DNA of 32,551 nt from Thalassospiraceae bacterium (GCA_030638205.1 DAOWFB010000045.1:1-32551), one strand, 5' to 3'; shown: positions 16,849-26,596, counted from the stretch's first letter. Made by a program: numbers and translations. Notes: generated from the letters alone by a model not told the origin.

Positions 16849-18348
16849 TTAAACGTTTTGTTGGAGGGCTTCTGCCAGTTTGCGCTCAAGGCCATAATAT
16901 TTAGCCTTTTCCCAGAACGTTGGGCGCAAACCAGAAAATTTATGTCTGCCGGTAATTTTACCGTTTGAATCTTCGCCTTCAATTTCATAAACACAAAGAT
17001 CTTGCAGGGTTATGATATCGCCCTCCATGCCGACAACCTCTGTCAGGTGGGTAATTTTACGCGAACCATCACGAAGACGAGAAGCCTGAATAATAATATT
17101 AACCGCACCAGATATTTGTTCGCGCATGGCACGGGATGGCAGGTTATAACCGCCCATCATAATCATGTTTTCAACACGGCTAATTGCTTCGCGTGGGTTG
17201 TTTGCGTGAATGGTTCCCATTGAACCATCGTGACCAGTGTTCATGGCTTGCAATAAATCAAACGCTTCGGGGCCACGAACCTCACCAACGATGATGCGTT
17301 CAGGGCGCATACGCAGGCAGTTTTTTACCAACTCGCGCATGGATACCTCACCCTTGCCCTCAAGGTTTGGTGGGCGGGTTTCAAGGCGTACCACATGCGG
17401 TTGCTGCAGTTGCAGTTCGGCCGAATCTTCGCATGTAATAATACGTTCTGATGGGTCAATGTGGCCGGTCATGCAGTTAAGCAGAGTTGTTTTGCCGGAA
17501 CCGGTACCGCCTGAAATTAGCGTGTTCAGCCTAATTTCTGAAACAACCTCCATTACGGTTTTAAGCTCAGGGGTAATAGAGCCAAACTGCTGAAGGTTTT
17601 CTAGCGTTAGCTTATCTTTTTTAAATTTACGAATGGTAAGTGCGGTTCCGTCAATTGCCAGCGGTGGCGCAATAACGTTAACACGCGAACCATCAGCTAA
17701 ACGGGCATCGCAAATGGGGCTTGCTTCATCAACGCGCCTACCCACGGCAGACACGATGCGTTGGCATATGTTCATTAATTGTGCCTGATCGCGGAACTTG
17801 ATGGATGTTTGCTCCATTTTTCCGTCAACTTCGATGTAAACAACATCAGGCCCGTTGACCATCAAGTCAGCAATATCGTCGCGTGCCAGCAGGGGTTCTA
17901 TGGGGCCAAGGCCAAGAACATCGTTGCAAATATCATCTATTACCAACTGCTGTTCTGGCATACTAAGGACAAGGCCACGCATGGAAATGATTTCACTGAC
18001 CATGTCGTTGATTTCTTCGCGAACTTGCTCGGGCGTTAGTGCGCTAAGTTCAGAAAGATCAACCGCCTCCATAAGGTCGTTAAATACATTGACCTTGATT
18101 GTATCCAGCTTTTCTTTGCCTTCTGCGCTTATGTCTTTTTTAGAGCTTTGTGGTTCAGCACCAGGTGTTGGGGCGGCTGGTTTGGACGCAGGTTTTGCAG
18201 CCGGCTCTTTTTTGTCTTTTGCTGACGTTGATTGCCTTGGTTCTTCTTTAGGGGCTGGAGCTGGTTTTGGCGTAGCACCACTACCGCCAGCACCGAAACC
18301 TTTCGATGCTGCACCGCCAGATTGAGGTGTACCGCGTTTACCAAACAT
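16849..18348 (-). CDS. cpaF: Tad pilus secretion ATPase CpaF/TadA
   Basis: Walker [15 protein letters not shown], Walker B region [11 protein letters not shown], and His box [12 protein letters not shown]. The N-terminal 90 or so aa are Pro/Ala/Lys-rich and low complexity. Confidence 0.95.
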   Translation of the reverse strand: MFGKRGTPQSGGAASKGFGAGGSGATPKPAPAPKEEPRQSTSAKDKKEPAAKPASKPAAPTPGAEPQSSKKDISAEGKEKLDTIKVNVFNDLMEAVDLSELSALTPEQVREEINDMVSEIISMRGLVLSMPEQQLVIDDICNDVLGLGPIEPLLARDDIADLMVNGPDVVYIEVDGKMEQTSIKFRDQAQLMNICQRIVSAVGRRVDEASPICDARLADGSRVNVIAPPLAIDGTALTIRKFKKDKLTLENLQQFGSITPELKTVMEVVSEIRLNTLISGGTGSGKTTLLNCMTGHIDPSERIITCEDSAELQLQQPHVVRLETRPPNLEGKGEVSMRELVKNCLRMRPERIIVGEVRGPEAFDLLQAMNTGHDGSMGTIHANNPREAISRVENMIMMGGYNLPSRAMREQISGAVNIIIQASRLRDGSRKITHLTEVVGMEGDIITLQDLCVYEIEGEDSNGKITGRHKFSGLRPTFWEKAKYYGLERKLAEALQQNV

Positions 18349-18391
18349 CCTTAAATATTTCCCTTAGCCAATAAATTATATTGGCTGTTAA

Positions 18392-19594
18392 TTATTTTTT
18401 CTTAAATAGTGAGCTAAAAAGCCCACCTTTTTCTTTTGCTGTACCTATTCCTTTGCTTGCGTCTTCTTTGGATTTACCGCTAACCAATTTAGCAAGCTCA
18501 GATATTGCAGAAGTCGCCTTGGAGCGCGACCTTAATGGTTCGCCATTGTTCATGGCGGCGGAGAACGCATCAGGATCATAAGGAATAGATATGGATGGGG
18601 CTATTGCCAGAACATCACGGAATTCCTTGTTTTTGATTTCACCTTTTTTGATTTGTCCTGTGCGGTTAAGCACAAGATTAATCGGCGCATCCACGCCACG
18701 ATGTGGAGATAAAAATTCAACAATGTTTTTACCATCGCGAAGATTGTAAAGATCAGGCGTGCCGACAAGTATGGTTTCATCAGCATCAACCAATACGTCC
18801 TGTACCCAGTTATTCCATATATGCGGAAGATCAAGCACCACGTATGATGCCATTTGCTTTACCAAACCAAGAACCGGTTCCAGATTTGCCATTGATATTT
18901 CCACACCGGTTCCAAGTGACCCGGGGGAAGAAAGCACCGAAACATTTTCCGTACATTTTTCCAAAAAGCGTGTCAGCAGAACCTCGTCAATGCTGCCTGA
19001 TTGCGCAAGCGCATCAACAATTGTGCTTTGTGGTTGAATGTTAAAATTAAGCGCCGCCGTGCCATAGTGTATATCCAAATCAACAATAATAACGTCATCT
19101 TTGGATATATTTGCAAGCTCAACCGCGACGTTGTGTGCAATTACACTACTGCCAACACCACCACGAATACCGGCAACTGCGACTACCCGGCTTTTATCCG
19201 ATTGTTGTTTATCGACAAATGCAGCCATAACCGCCGCCTTGAGATCTTCTTCATCCGGGACGCCAACAAAGTACTGGCTGATGCCCTGATCAATAAGGGT
19301 TTTAAACAGATTTACATCGTTTTCCGCACCGACAAGTATTACCCGCGTTCCGGGTGCGCAAACATCTGCCAGCCCACTTAGTTCATCGAATAAGCTATCG
19401 CCCTTGGCTGTGGTCTCGATAATAAGCAATTCCGGAGTTGAGTTGGAACTAAGATGCTCAACAGCACCTTTGGCCCCCCCATCATGAACCGCTATGGTCG
19501 AGCGTAGGAACAAACGATCTCCCTTGAGAGATTCAACTAAGCTTCCAAGTTCTGGTGAAAGAACGAAGGCACCAATATTAATCCTGAGGATCAA
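18392..19594 (-). CDS. cpaE: CpaE/TadZ pilus-localisation ATPase (atypical receiver plus MinD/ParA-like domain), TTG start
   Basis: Deviant Walker A VAGIRGGVGSS, an N-terminal pseudo-receiver-like region, and a position between cpaD and cpaF. Confidence 0.85.
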   Translation of the reverse strand: MILRINIGAFVLSPELGSLVESLKGDRLFLRSTIAVHDGGAKGAVEHLSSNSTPELLIIETTAKGDSLFDELSGLADVCAPGTRVILVGAENDVNLFKTLIDQGISQYFVGVPDEEDLKAAVMAAFVDKQQSDKSRVVAVAGIRGGVGSSVIAHNVAVELANISKDDVIIVDLDIHYGTAALNFNIQPQSTIVDALAQSGSIDEVLLTRFLEKCTENVSVLSSPGSLGTGVEISMANLEPVLGLVKQMASYVVLDLPHIWNNWVQDVLVDADETILVGTPDLYNLRDGKNIVEFLSPHRGVDAPINLVLNRTGQIKKGEIKNKEFRDVLAIAPSISIPYDPDAFSAAMNNGEPLRSRSKATSAISELAKLVSGKSKEDASKGIGTAKEKGGLFSSLFKKK

Positions 19595-19646
19595 GCGAAC
19601 CTCCCTTTAGATGTTATGTTGTTAAATTCAAAATACATTTTCTGCC

Positions 19647-20279
19647 TCATTGAGCCGTAGTAGTGGTTGCAGCACCTGCAGGCGCACGGTATGCGTCTAT
19701 GGCGGCGTCGCTTTTAGGCGCGCTTCCACCGCTTATTGGTTGTGACTGAATTAGGTCGCCAGGATCTGAAACCGTAAGTCCCATATTGCGCCTGTTAGCA
19801 CAGCCAAAATTATCATATGGCAGGTTGGATGGGTTGAACGCATCGTTGTTCGACCAATTGCCGCATTCGGGAACAATGGCAGCATTTGCGGTGAAGCTTA
19901 AAATAGCATTTGGCGCAGGAATTGCTGCGTCTGAAATGAAATTAAGTTCACCTGCAGTAAATCCATTTGCGGTTAGAACCGCGCTTGCCTCAATCGGGGT
20001 AACTGTTTCAACCGTTACCTGTGTGCGACCACGCCCGACATAATCACGCAAGAAGCTTTTGAAGCGACGTGCATCGTCGCTGTTTAGCTGGGTACCACTT
20101 TCAGGCAGCGATATTGTAATGCTTATCTGCTCACGCGTTACCTGAATGGGGTGCGCTTCGTTGAAATTGCCTGTATCTGAAATGCTAGTTTCTGCACAGC
20201 CTGAAACTGATGCGGCAACTGCAGCAATAACAGCAAGAAAGCGAACAGACGAGATGAATGATTTATTTTTTAATGTCAT
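19647..20279 (-). CDS. cpaD: CpaD-like pilus assembly lipoprotein
   Basis: Signal peptide with lipobox VSGC, 210 aa, and a position after the secretin as in Caulobacter cpaD. Confidence 0.7.
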   Translation of the reverse strand: MTLKNKSFISSVRFLAVIAAVAASVSGCAETSISDTGNFNEAHPIQVTREQISITISLPESGTQLNSDDARRFKSFLRDYVGRGRTQVTVETVTPIEASAVLTANGFTAGELNFISDAAIPAPNAILSFTANAAIVPECGNWSNNDAFNPSNLPYDNFGCANRRNMGLTVSDPGDLIQSQPISGGSAPKSDAAIDAYRAPAGAATTTTAQ

Positions 20280-20285
20280 TGTCGC

Positions 20286-21731
20286 TTACTCCATAATATA
20301 GCCGTAGGGGCCAGCCAGTGGGGTGGCATAGGGCGGTAACTCACGCTTGGTATAGGTTTTATGCAAACGACCAAGAAGATAAAAATCAATGTCAGAGGCG
20401 GGGGCAAAACCATCGGTTGGTAGTGCCAGCCTGTTTGCATTGCCAACTGATTTAGCAAGATAGGCCGTCATGGTTATTACCAGTTCGGTTTCTTCGCTTT
20501 GGAATGCCTCGCTTCTAAATAGCGCACCTAGTACAGGAAGGTCTTTAAGGCCGGGAACGCCATATACATTGTTGGATACGTCATTTTGTATTAGCCCGGC
20601 CATGTAAAGGGTTCCGCCGCTGGGCAGATCAACTGTGGTGGAGGTTGTCTTTTCCGTTAGACCGGGAACGCCATTAACGGTAACTGCCGGATCAATATCG
20701 CTTACCGTGGTTCTGACAACAAGATGGATGCGGCCTTTGTCCAGTACGGTTGGGGTAAAATCAAGCCCAATACCATAAGGTATCATTGAGGTTGCAACAT
20801 TGCCGTTGGAATCTAGCGACGGTACCGGGATCGAACCACCGGCCAAGAACGAGGCGGCTTCACCCGATTGCGCGGTTAGCGTTGGTTCGGCCAAAGTTTT
20901 GGCCATGCCTTGTTTTTCCAAAATATCGAATGTAACTGGGCCCAGAGCCGCCATGCCAGTGTTTATTAAACCACCGGTAAGAAAACTTGCGTTGGAAAGA
21001 AAGCTTGCCCCAGTCCCAGATGTGGCAAAGCTTATGCCACGGCTTCCTGCGGCACCCAGTGCATCAATACCAACATTAACCCCCAGCTGTTTAAGGGCTG
21101 TGCGTTTTATTTCCGCAATGCGAACCTGCATTATAACCTGCTGGCTGCCTAATATTTCGATAGAATTTGTTATATCGTCGGGGTTAGCAACAAAACCGTT
21201 GGCAATATCCACAGCCTTGGCTGATGCTACGGCAGAGCGAACGTACCCTTTAAGGAAAACTTTATTGCGGTGAACAACAACATCTATATTTTCATCGGGC
21301 ATCATGTCGCGTAACGCTGATTTTATGCTGTTGCCGTCCATGCCAACCTCAATATTTGCTTCAAATACAACGTTGCCACGAGAGTTGGTAATGAACATGA
21401 AGGTAGAACCAATGGCTCGACCAATGATGTAGGCGTTGTTTCCGGTAACCGTGTTGCGTTTAGGAAGACGTATCAGTTCTGCAACGCCGGGTTGGCCGAA
21501 GTGAACTTCATTAATAAAGCTGGGAACATTGACCGGGGTGCTTTTGTTCAGGTTTGCCTGCAACGTTATCGGTTGATCGCCAGATTTCCATGCAGCCTGC
21601 GGTGCGGCTTTTACATTTGATTTTGTAGTCGCTGCCGATCTGCTGGGAACTTCCTGCGCAAGCGATAAGTTGGCGGTCAATACCGCTACCGTCGCAACTG
21701 CTGAAAAAAGTTTAACAATATTTAGTTTCAT
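20286..21731 (-). CDS. cpaC: Tad secretin CpaC/RcpA
   Basis: Start taken at MKLNIVKLFSAVATVAVLTANLSLAQ (signal peptide, AAGGAA upstream) rather than the track TTG at 21770. The C-terminal secretin motif is VPGLKDLPVLGALFRS. Confidence 0.9.
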   Translation of the reverse strand: MKLNIVKLFSAVATVAVLTANLSLAQEVPSRSAATTKSNVKAAPQAAWKSGDQPITLQANLNKSTPVNVPSFINEVHFGQPGVAELIRLPKRNTVTGNNAYIIGRAIGSTFMFITNSRGNVVFEANIEVGMDGNSIKSALRDMMPDENIDVVVHRNKVFLKGYVRSAVASAKAVDIANGFVANPDDITNSIEILGSQQVIMQVRIAEIKRTALKQLGVNVGIDALGAAGSRGISFATSGTGASFLSNASFLTGGLINTGMAALGPVTFDILEKQGMAKTLAEPTLTAQSGEAASFLAGGSIPVPSLDSNGNVATSMIPYGIGLDFTPTVLDKGRIHLVVRTTVSDIDPAVTVNGVPGLTEKTTSTTVDLPSGGTLYMAGLIQNDVSNNVYGVPGLKDLPVLGALFRSEAFQSEETELVITMTAYLAKSVGNANRLALPTDGFAPASDIDFYLLGRLHKTYTKRELPPYATPLAGPYGYIME

Positions 21732-21760
21732 AATAATCAATTTCCTTGGTCGCCAGTCAT

Positions 21761-21798
21761 TTTTTGCCAATTAGTTTTTGCCAATTAGTTTTTGTTTG
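21761..21798. repeat. 14-nt tandem repeat (2.7 copies) between cpaB and cpaC
   Basis: tttttgccaattag at 21761-21774 and 21775-21788, then tttttgtttg. Confidence 0.9.
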
Positions 21799-21802
21799 TT
21801 GG

Positions 21803-22735
21803 CTATTTGAAGACCTTTATTTTAGCAGATGGCTGTCTAGCCGGTTGAGATTGAACAGGTTTTACCACGCTTGTTGAGATGTCTTTAGTTTTAGTTGTTG
21901 TTGCGGTGCGCCTGCCATCAAGCACAGCATCAAGCGAAGAAAGGGTTGGGCTTACTTCTATGTCGGTGGTGTATCCTGGGCCTTGCCCTTTAGGATAACT
22001 GTCCACACTTTCAAGCGGACGTAACAAAATAGACAGATCACCCATTTTTCGTGCAGTAATTATTTTTTCTGCTTGTTTAGGGGTAACTTCAAGAAGAACT
22101 TCCAGCACTGCAGGGGCGGGGGTGCCAGATGGAGCTGGACCCACATTGCCGTTAACGGCAATAACCAAAATATCGTTCATTATTACTTCGGTTACTCTGT
22201 TCATTAACGGAAGATCGGCATCAGGGCTTTTGTTTGTCAATGCCTGCTTGAGAAGCGTGTGTCCCAACAAAACATCGACCCTATCACCGGGAAGGATAAA
22301 CCCACCAGAAGCGGTTTGTTTGTTAACGGCTATTATTACTGCACGCATTCCAGGTTTTATTGCCCCTGGCATGAAGCCACCATTTTTTGGTGAATACAAT
22401 TTGCGTCTGATAATCGGATCGCCCTTGAAGAATGTGCCGCGAACAACATTTTTTTCTTTTTCAAGATCACCAACAGGATCTTCGCTGGATTGTTCGGTTA
22501 TAAAGTCATCGTTTAAGCTGTCTTCGGGCCAACCCTGCCAGCTAACGTTACTTGCATTAATTAATGTTCCAGGAGGAAGGTCGATATTGGCAACCATAAC
22601 CTTGATTCCAGTCTCCTTCGGCGCTTGCGCGGCGATGCTTGCTTCTTGTGTGCTGAGATAGTTGCTCAGTAGGTATGCGGTACCGCCGGCAAGAAATACT
22701 GCAGCAACAATTAATCCTATTACAATGGCTCTCAT
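21803..22735 (-). CDS. cpaB: CpaB/RcpC pilus assembly protein
   Basis: N-terminal TM anchor MRAIVIGLIVAAVFLAGG, a SAF-like region (VMVANIDLPPGTLI), an RcpC-like middle part, and first position in the cpaB-tadC operon. Confidence 0.85.
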   Translation of the reverse strand: MRAIVIGLIVAAVFLAGGTAYLLSNYLSTQEASIAAQAPKETGIKVMVANIDLPPGTLINASNVSWQGWPEDSLNDDFITEQSSEDPVGDLEKEKNVVRGTFFKGDPIIRRKLYSPKNGGFMPGAIKPGMRAVIIAVNKQTASGGFILPGDRVDVLLGHTLLKQALTNKSPDADLPLMNRVTEVIMNDILVIAVNGNVGPAPSGTPAPAVLEVLLEVTPKQAEKIITARKMGDLSILLRPLESVDSYPKGQGPGYTTDIEVSPTLSSLDAVLDGRRTATTTKTKDISTSVVKPVQSQPARQPSAKIKVFK

Positions 22736-22817
22736 GTGTGTTGTCCGAACCTTGATTTATTATCCGGATTATTTATTCACCGGAATTAGTTTATTTTAAG
22801 CGCACCATTTAAAACTA

Positions 22818-22846
22818 TTAGCTCTAAAACTCCTTAGCTCTAAAAC
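22818..22846. repeat. 13-nt sequence repeated at 16-nt period in the cpaB upstream region
   Basis: ttagctctaaaac at 22818-22830 and 22834-22846, with a degenerate third copy ttggctc at 22849. Confidence 0.85.
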
Positions 22847-23145
22847 CGTTGGCTCGCCGTTTAATTGATTTTTCTGACCGATTATTCCCGGACAGCAGAT
22901 CTATCCTTAAATGCCTAAATATTCTGAGCTATATGATAATCATCTCCCTGAATAGAAAAATCCCTTTCCTTTCAGGGCATAACAGCAACTTTTTAGCACA
23001 TAAGGCAGCATTTTTGGCAAAAATTTTCTTAAATACCGCCAGTTTAATTCATATAACCCCTAAATCATGCCCCGGAAGCATTGTCCATGCTATGATTTAA
23101 GTGCCACACAAGGTCTTTATATACCCTTCCTTGAAAGAGTTAGTG

Positions 23146-23499
23146 ATGTCAATCTACACCGGTAAGCGCGATGGAAAAGTGATAAGTGTCACTGTTGATG
23201 GGGTTTTTCTCGACCCTAGAACAGATATCAGGGGCCTGTCTTCTGATGGCTTTGAGTGGGGCTATGTGGGCTCTGGGCCTTATCAGCTTGCTTTGGCCAT
23301 GCTCGCAAATCACTTCGATAATGATAAGCTGGCACTAGGCAATTACAGGTCTTTTTGTGAAACTAAGGTAATTCGCTTTGATAGCGAAGGCTGGATCATG
23401 GAAAGCGATGAAATTGATGCCGCCCTTGAGGGAGTTATTGAGGTGGATATGACCTTGGAAGAATTGTTAAATAAAGCTCGAGGCATTGTAATAGACTGA
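23146..23499 (+). CDS. Small soluble protein resembling the DUF6166 family
   Basis: MSIYTGKRDGKVISVTVDGVFLDP...SSDGFEWGYVGSGPYQLALAMLANH. From memory, the F-x-W-G-Y-x-G-S-G-P-x-Q-L-A-L-A core is the signature of DUF6166. Start taken at the ATG at 23146 rather than the track GTG at 23101. Confidence 0.55.
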   Translation: MSIYTGKRDGKVISVTVDGVFLDPRTDIRGLSSDGFEWGYVGSGPYQLALAMLANHFDNDKLALGNYRSFCETKVIRFDSEGWIMESDEIDAALEGVIEVDMTLEELLNKARGIVID

Positions 23500-23618
23500 A
23501 TTTAAACAATAAATCCATCCTATAATAGTATGTTTTCTGTGATATGGGTCACTTCGCTGGGCTCGCATTGGTGCTATTTATGTAACCCAAGATGCAGAGA
23601 CTAAGGATGGACGGTTAA

Positions 23619-23765
23619 ATGGCAATTTATGGATCAGTTTGGGCTATGTGGAGCCAGCTTTTTAGCGCAATTCCCTATGGCGACCCATGGGTAGCCTCCT
23701 TTGCCGCAGTTTTTGCCATGATGGCGGCCGGAAAGGCCGTAAAAATTATCATGGAATATACGTAA
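23619..23765 (+). CDS. Possible 48-aa membrane peptide (weak call)
   Basis: An AAGGA sits about 9 nt upstream. Translation: MAIYGSVWAMWSQLFSAIPYGDPWVASFAAVFAMMAAGKAVKIIMEYT, with one hydrophobic helix. No homology recognised. Confidence 0.25.
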   Translation: MAIYGSVWAMWSQLFSAIPYGDPWVASFAAVFAMMAAGKAVKIIMEYT

Positions 23766-23783
23766 AAACTAATATTCCCTTAC

Positions 23784-25772
23784 TTAGCGGTTTTCCTCGT
23801 TAAATCTAAACAGATAAAACCTGTCACCTGCATCACCCGGCAGGGTAACGGCTTCTAGCCATTTGGGCTGCCTGCCATCAACCATCATTCTGGTCAGGGT
23901 TTCACCCGGGGTGTTTAGATAAACCCTTTCTTCGATTGTATCTTTGCAAAATGCCAGATAGTCGATGCCGCGTTTGGATAATATTGAAAAAGCCTCACCC
24001 AAATTGGTGCTGGCAAGAACCTTAAAACTATCAAGAATGCCTTCTGTGTTTCGGTGGTGTGGTGTGCCGACAACATTTTGTCCGGTTCGATAAAGAACCT
24101 CGGGCCCTTCGTGTATGCGGGTCATAATATTTATCTTGCGACCATTTTGTTGGCTGATTTTTTTTAATTGAGGCGCGACATCTGACCATTTGCAATTTTT
24201 AGATGCATTGCTGTCGGCTGTTTCGTTGGTTAATAAACTAGTTAACGCAAGCGCACCAAGTGCGGGCGCGATAAATACTGAAGCAACGATTGGCACCCTG
24301 AATATGGGCGTTCCCGGCTCATCTTTTGTGGCTGGCCCTACGGTGGGGCCGCTCCTGAAATCAAAAAGCATTTGTGCCAGTGATGCCAACGGAACGGCCA
24401 AAATTATCCCTAAATATGCTGACCAGCGAACCTGGTAAATACTAAGCGGAACAAAAATAATAATTCCTAAAATAATAACCAACACCAAACTAGACGGCAC
24501 CGAATTAGCCGACACTGAATCAGAAAGAGATGCCTCTTTTTTATTGCGTATTTTTTTTAACCACCACGCCACCCATAAAAGCGGCGCAAGGTGCATGGTG
24601 GCCAATGAGACCGATGCCACATCGCCGTCAAACATTGGTCTTAGTTCTTCAATTTTATTTAGCCAGACTTCTTGGAGTCTAATATCCATCGCACCGGCAA
24701 AAGGACCTTTAAAAAAATTAGGAAATATTAAAAATAAAATAATTGCCGGAAGCGCAACCATTATGGTTCCGCCGATAAATCTATCGGTGTAAGTCGATGT
24801 GGTTTTTTTATTTTTCCATATGCGCCAAATTAATTCAGAAACCAAAGCCAGCATTAAAAAAAGTGTTATATGCGGAATGGAAATACGGTCATATTCTACC
24901 GCCTGAAACCACCCGGCAGGGGGGCGCTCAAGTGCGATTGCAGCAATGCTGGCCAAGGCCAACCCCCACAGAAACCAGCGCAATTTGCCCAGATATTCCA
25001 GCTTTCCCTTAATGAGCCAAAAAAAACCAATAACCCCTGCGCCAAAGGCAACGGTAACTAAGGCCTCGACGCTGGTCCAGACTGCCACAGCCGCAACACT
25101 ACCTGCAATGATCGGGTGCTTAATATTTTTGTCGCCATTATTATCGTCTTCGCCTTCATCATCTTCATAAAGCATTATGATGAGATATGAAAAAACAACC
25201 GCAAAAAGAAAAACCAATAACGAATGATGGTCGGGGCGGGCTGCATAGAAGTAATTTTTTGTTATCGGTGCTGCGACCACCAAAATTGCCATCGAGACTT
25301 GTCCACGGGTATCTAAAAATGACCGGGTTGCCCGAAACAATATTAATATCGAAAGCATTGCCAAAAATGGGCTTACGCTAACACCAGAATAATAAAGACC
25401 TCTTTCAATTCCGGTAATTGGCGCCAACAAAAGACCGCCTGCTACAATTATTATATCAAGCGGCCTAGTCCAATGGAGCGTCTGTCCATAAGGCCAGTTA
25501 GATGATGCAGAAAAATTTCCATACCATAAATCTGGCCATAAATCTGACCACGAATCCCGGCCAATATTTTCAGAAATTGCCCGTACCCATTCATTTACCC
25601 TGACCATGCGCATGTAGGTATCGGTGCCAAAATACCAATCGGCACCAACAACAAATTCATCGTTAAACGCATATACCGGAATAATTACAATTAATAATGC
25701 AAAAGCTATTCCCAAAAGCTTGAAAACAGCTGATTTTGCATCGCTGGTGCTGGCATGGTTATTATTTGGCAT
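23784..25772 (-). CDS. Polytopic (about 13 TM) membrane protein with a C-terminal soluble domain; GT-C / STT3-AglB-like glycosyltransferase candidate
   Basis: 662 aa. TM1 is followed by a large loop carrying GTDTYMRMVR (compare STT3 D-x-x-x-x-Y-R). A PDHH motif sits before TM5, and an acidic loop reads EDDEGEDDNNGD. A roughly 150-aa C-terminal domain follows the last TM. No WWDYG motif is present. Confidence 0.55.
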   Translation of the reverse strand: MPNNNHASTSDAKSAVFKLLGIAFALLIVIIPVYAFNDEFVVGADWYFGTDTYMRMVRVNEWVRAISENIGRDSWSDLWPDLWYGNFSASSNWPYGQTLHWTRPLDIIIVAGGLLLAPITGIERGLYYSGVSVSPFLAMLSILILFRATRSFLDTRGQVSMAILVVAAPITKNYFYAARPDHHSLLVFLFAVVFSYLIIMLYEDDEGEDDNNGDKNIKHPIIAGSVAAVAVWTSVEALVTVAFGAGVIGFFWLIKGKLEYLGKLRWFLWGLALASIAAIALERPPAGWFQAVEYDRISIPHITLFLMLALVSELIWRIWKNKKTTSTYTDRFIGGTIMVALPAIILFLIFPNFFKGPFAGAMDIRLQEVWLNKIEELRPMFDGDVASVSLATMHLAPLLWVAWWLKKIRNKKEASLSDSVSANSVPSSLVLVIILGIIIFVPLSIYQVRWSAYLGIILAVPLASLAQMLFDFRSGPTVGPATKDEPGTPIFRVPIVASVFIAPALGALALTSLLTNETADSNASKNCKWSDVAPQLKKISQQNGRKINIMTRIHEGPEVLYRTGQNVVGTPHHRNTEGILDSFKVLASTNLGEAFSILSKRGIDYLAFCKDTIEERVYLNTPGETLTRMMVDGRQPKWLEAVTLPGDAGDRFYLFRFNEENR

Positions 25773-25872
25773 TTTACAAAGATGGCTGAAAAGGCTGAAA
25801 AATACCAGCCCTCCTTAATCTTGTCGGGGGTATAAAAAAGACCTATAAGTCTAGATACAACAAGTTAGACAG

Positions 25873-26352
25873 TTGAGCAGTTGGGAGCAACGACCTTTGA
25901 AAAAGAACTATCTTGAGCTAACCAGAATAATAGAACGCATGCACAGACGCTTTCTTGACGTTCTTCGTGCCGAACTTGCGCGCATGGAAGTAAAAGACCT
26001 TAACGCTGTTCAGGCATTGCTGCTTAGCAATATAGGTGAAGAAGAAATAGTTATTCGAGATTTGGTTGAGCGTGGTTATTATCAAGGCTCTAACGTTTCT
26101 TATAATATCAAAAAGCTTACTGAATCAGGATATCTAGATCAGGCGCGCTCAGAGCACGATAAACGTTCCGTTCGTGTAAAGTTGACCGAAAAGGCTTTGG
26201 GCGTAGTTGCCCGAATAAGAGAGCTTGAAGAAAAAAATGCCGCAGCATTTGCCACCACTGGAATTTCCGAAGCAGATGTTGAAAGTGCCGCAGAATCACT
26301 GCGTAAGATCGAGCGTGTCTGGAGCGACTATATTCATTATGGTGGTGAGTAG
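25873..26352 (+). CDS. MarR-family winged-helix transcriptional regulator (TTG start, uncertain)
   Basis: LNAVQALLLSNIGEEEIVIRDLVERGYYQGSNVSYNIKKLTESGYLDQARSEHDKRSVRVKLTEKA is a typical MarR wHTH with a wing. It is divergent from the GT-C-like gene. Confidence 0.8.
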   Translation: MSSWEQRPLKKNYLELTRIIERMHRRFLDVLRAELARMEVKDLNAVQALLLSNIGEEEIVIRDLVERGYYQGSNVSYNIKKLTESGYLDQARSEHDKRSVRVKLTEKALGVVARIRELEEKNAAAFATTGISEADVESAAESLRKIERVWSDYIHYGGE

Positions 26353-26596
26353 ACACAAAGGCCTACCCAAGATTTCTGCGCCTAGAGATTAGCCATAAAA
26401 TTATAAAATTGGCCGTAAAATCATCAAAAATAGCTGAAAATGATACAAATAAAGCCTTATTTTAAAGACTTTAGCTTGTTCACGACCATGACAGTTTCTA
26501 TTTAAGCATTAGCACACCAAATGTAGGCTGTGACTAGGGGGGCACCCGTAATCACCGCACCTTTTTCTTTGCCTGCCCACTTAAAGTAAAGCTAGG

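Noticed and set aside
8904-22735. Whether the Tad locus is a horizontally acquired genomic island (the widespread colonisation island).
   Set aside because: There are no flanking tRNA genes, integrase, direct-repeat att sites or clear compositional break visible by eye. It is flanked by core metabolic genes (hemN/hyi on one side). This cannot be excluded without GC and codon statistics and comparative genomics.
22849-23100. 83-aa + strand ORF in the cpaB upstream region.
   Set aside because: It has a TTG start, no RBS, an AT-rich frame with odd composition, and no motif. The region is more likely the cpaB promoter or leader.
26529-26546. TGTGACTAGGGGGGCACC about 60 nt upstream of the REC/cyclase operon, as a third CRP-like site. 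The 9-mer CTAGGGGGG also occurs at 11362-11370.
   Set aside because: The second half-site matches poorly (GGCAC, or GCACC with N7 spacing). Two occurrences of a 9-mer in 65 kb of two-strand sequence is only mildly unexpected. This is not enough to call a site.
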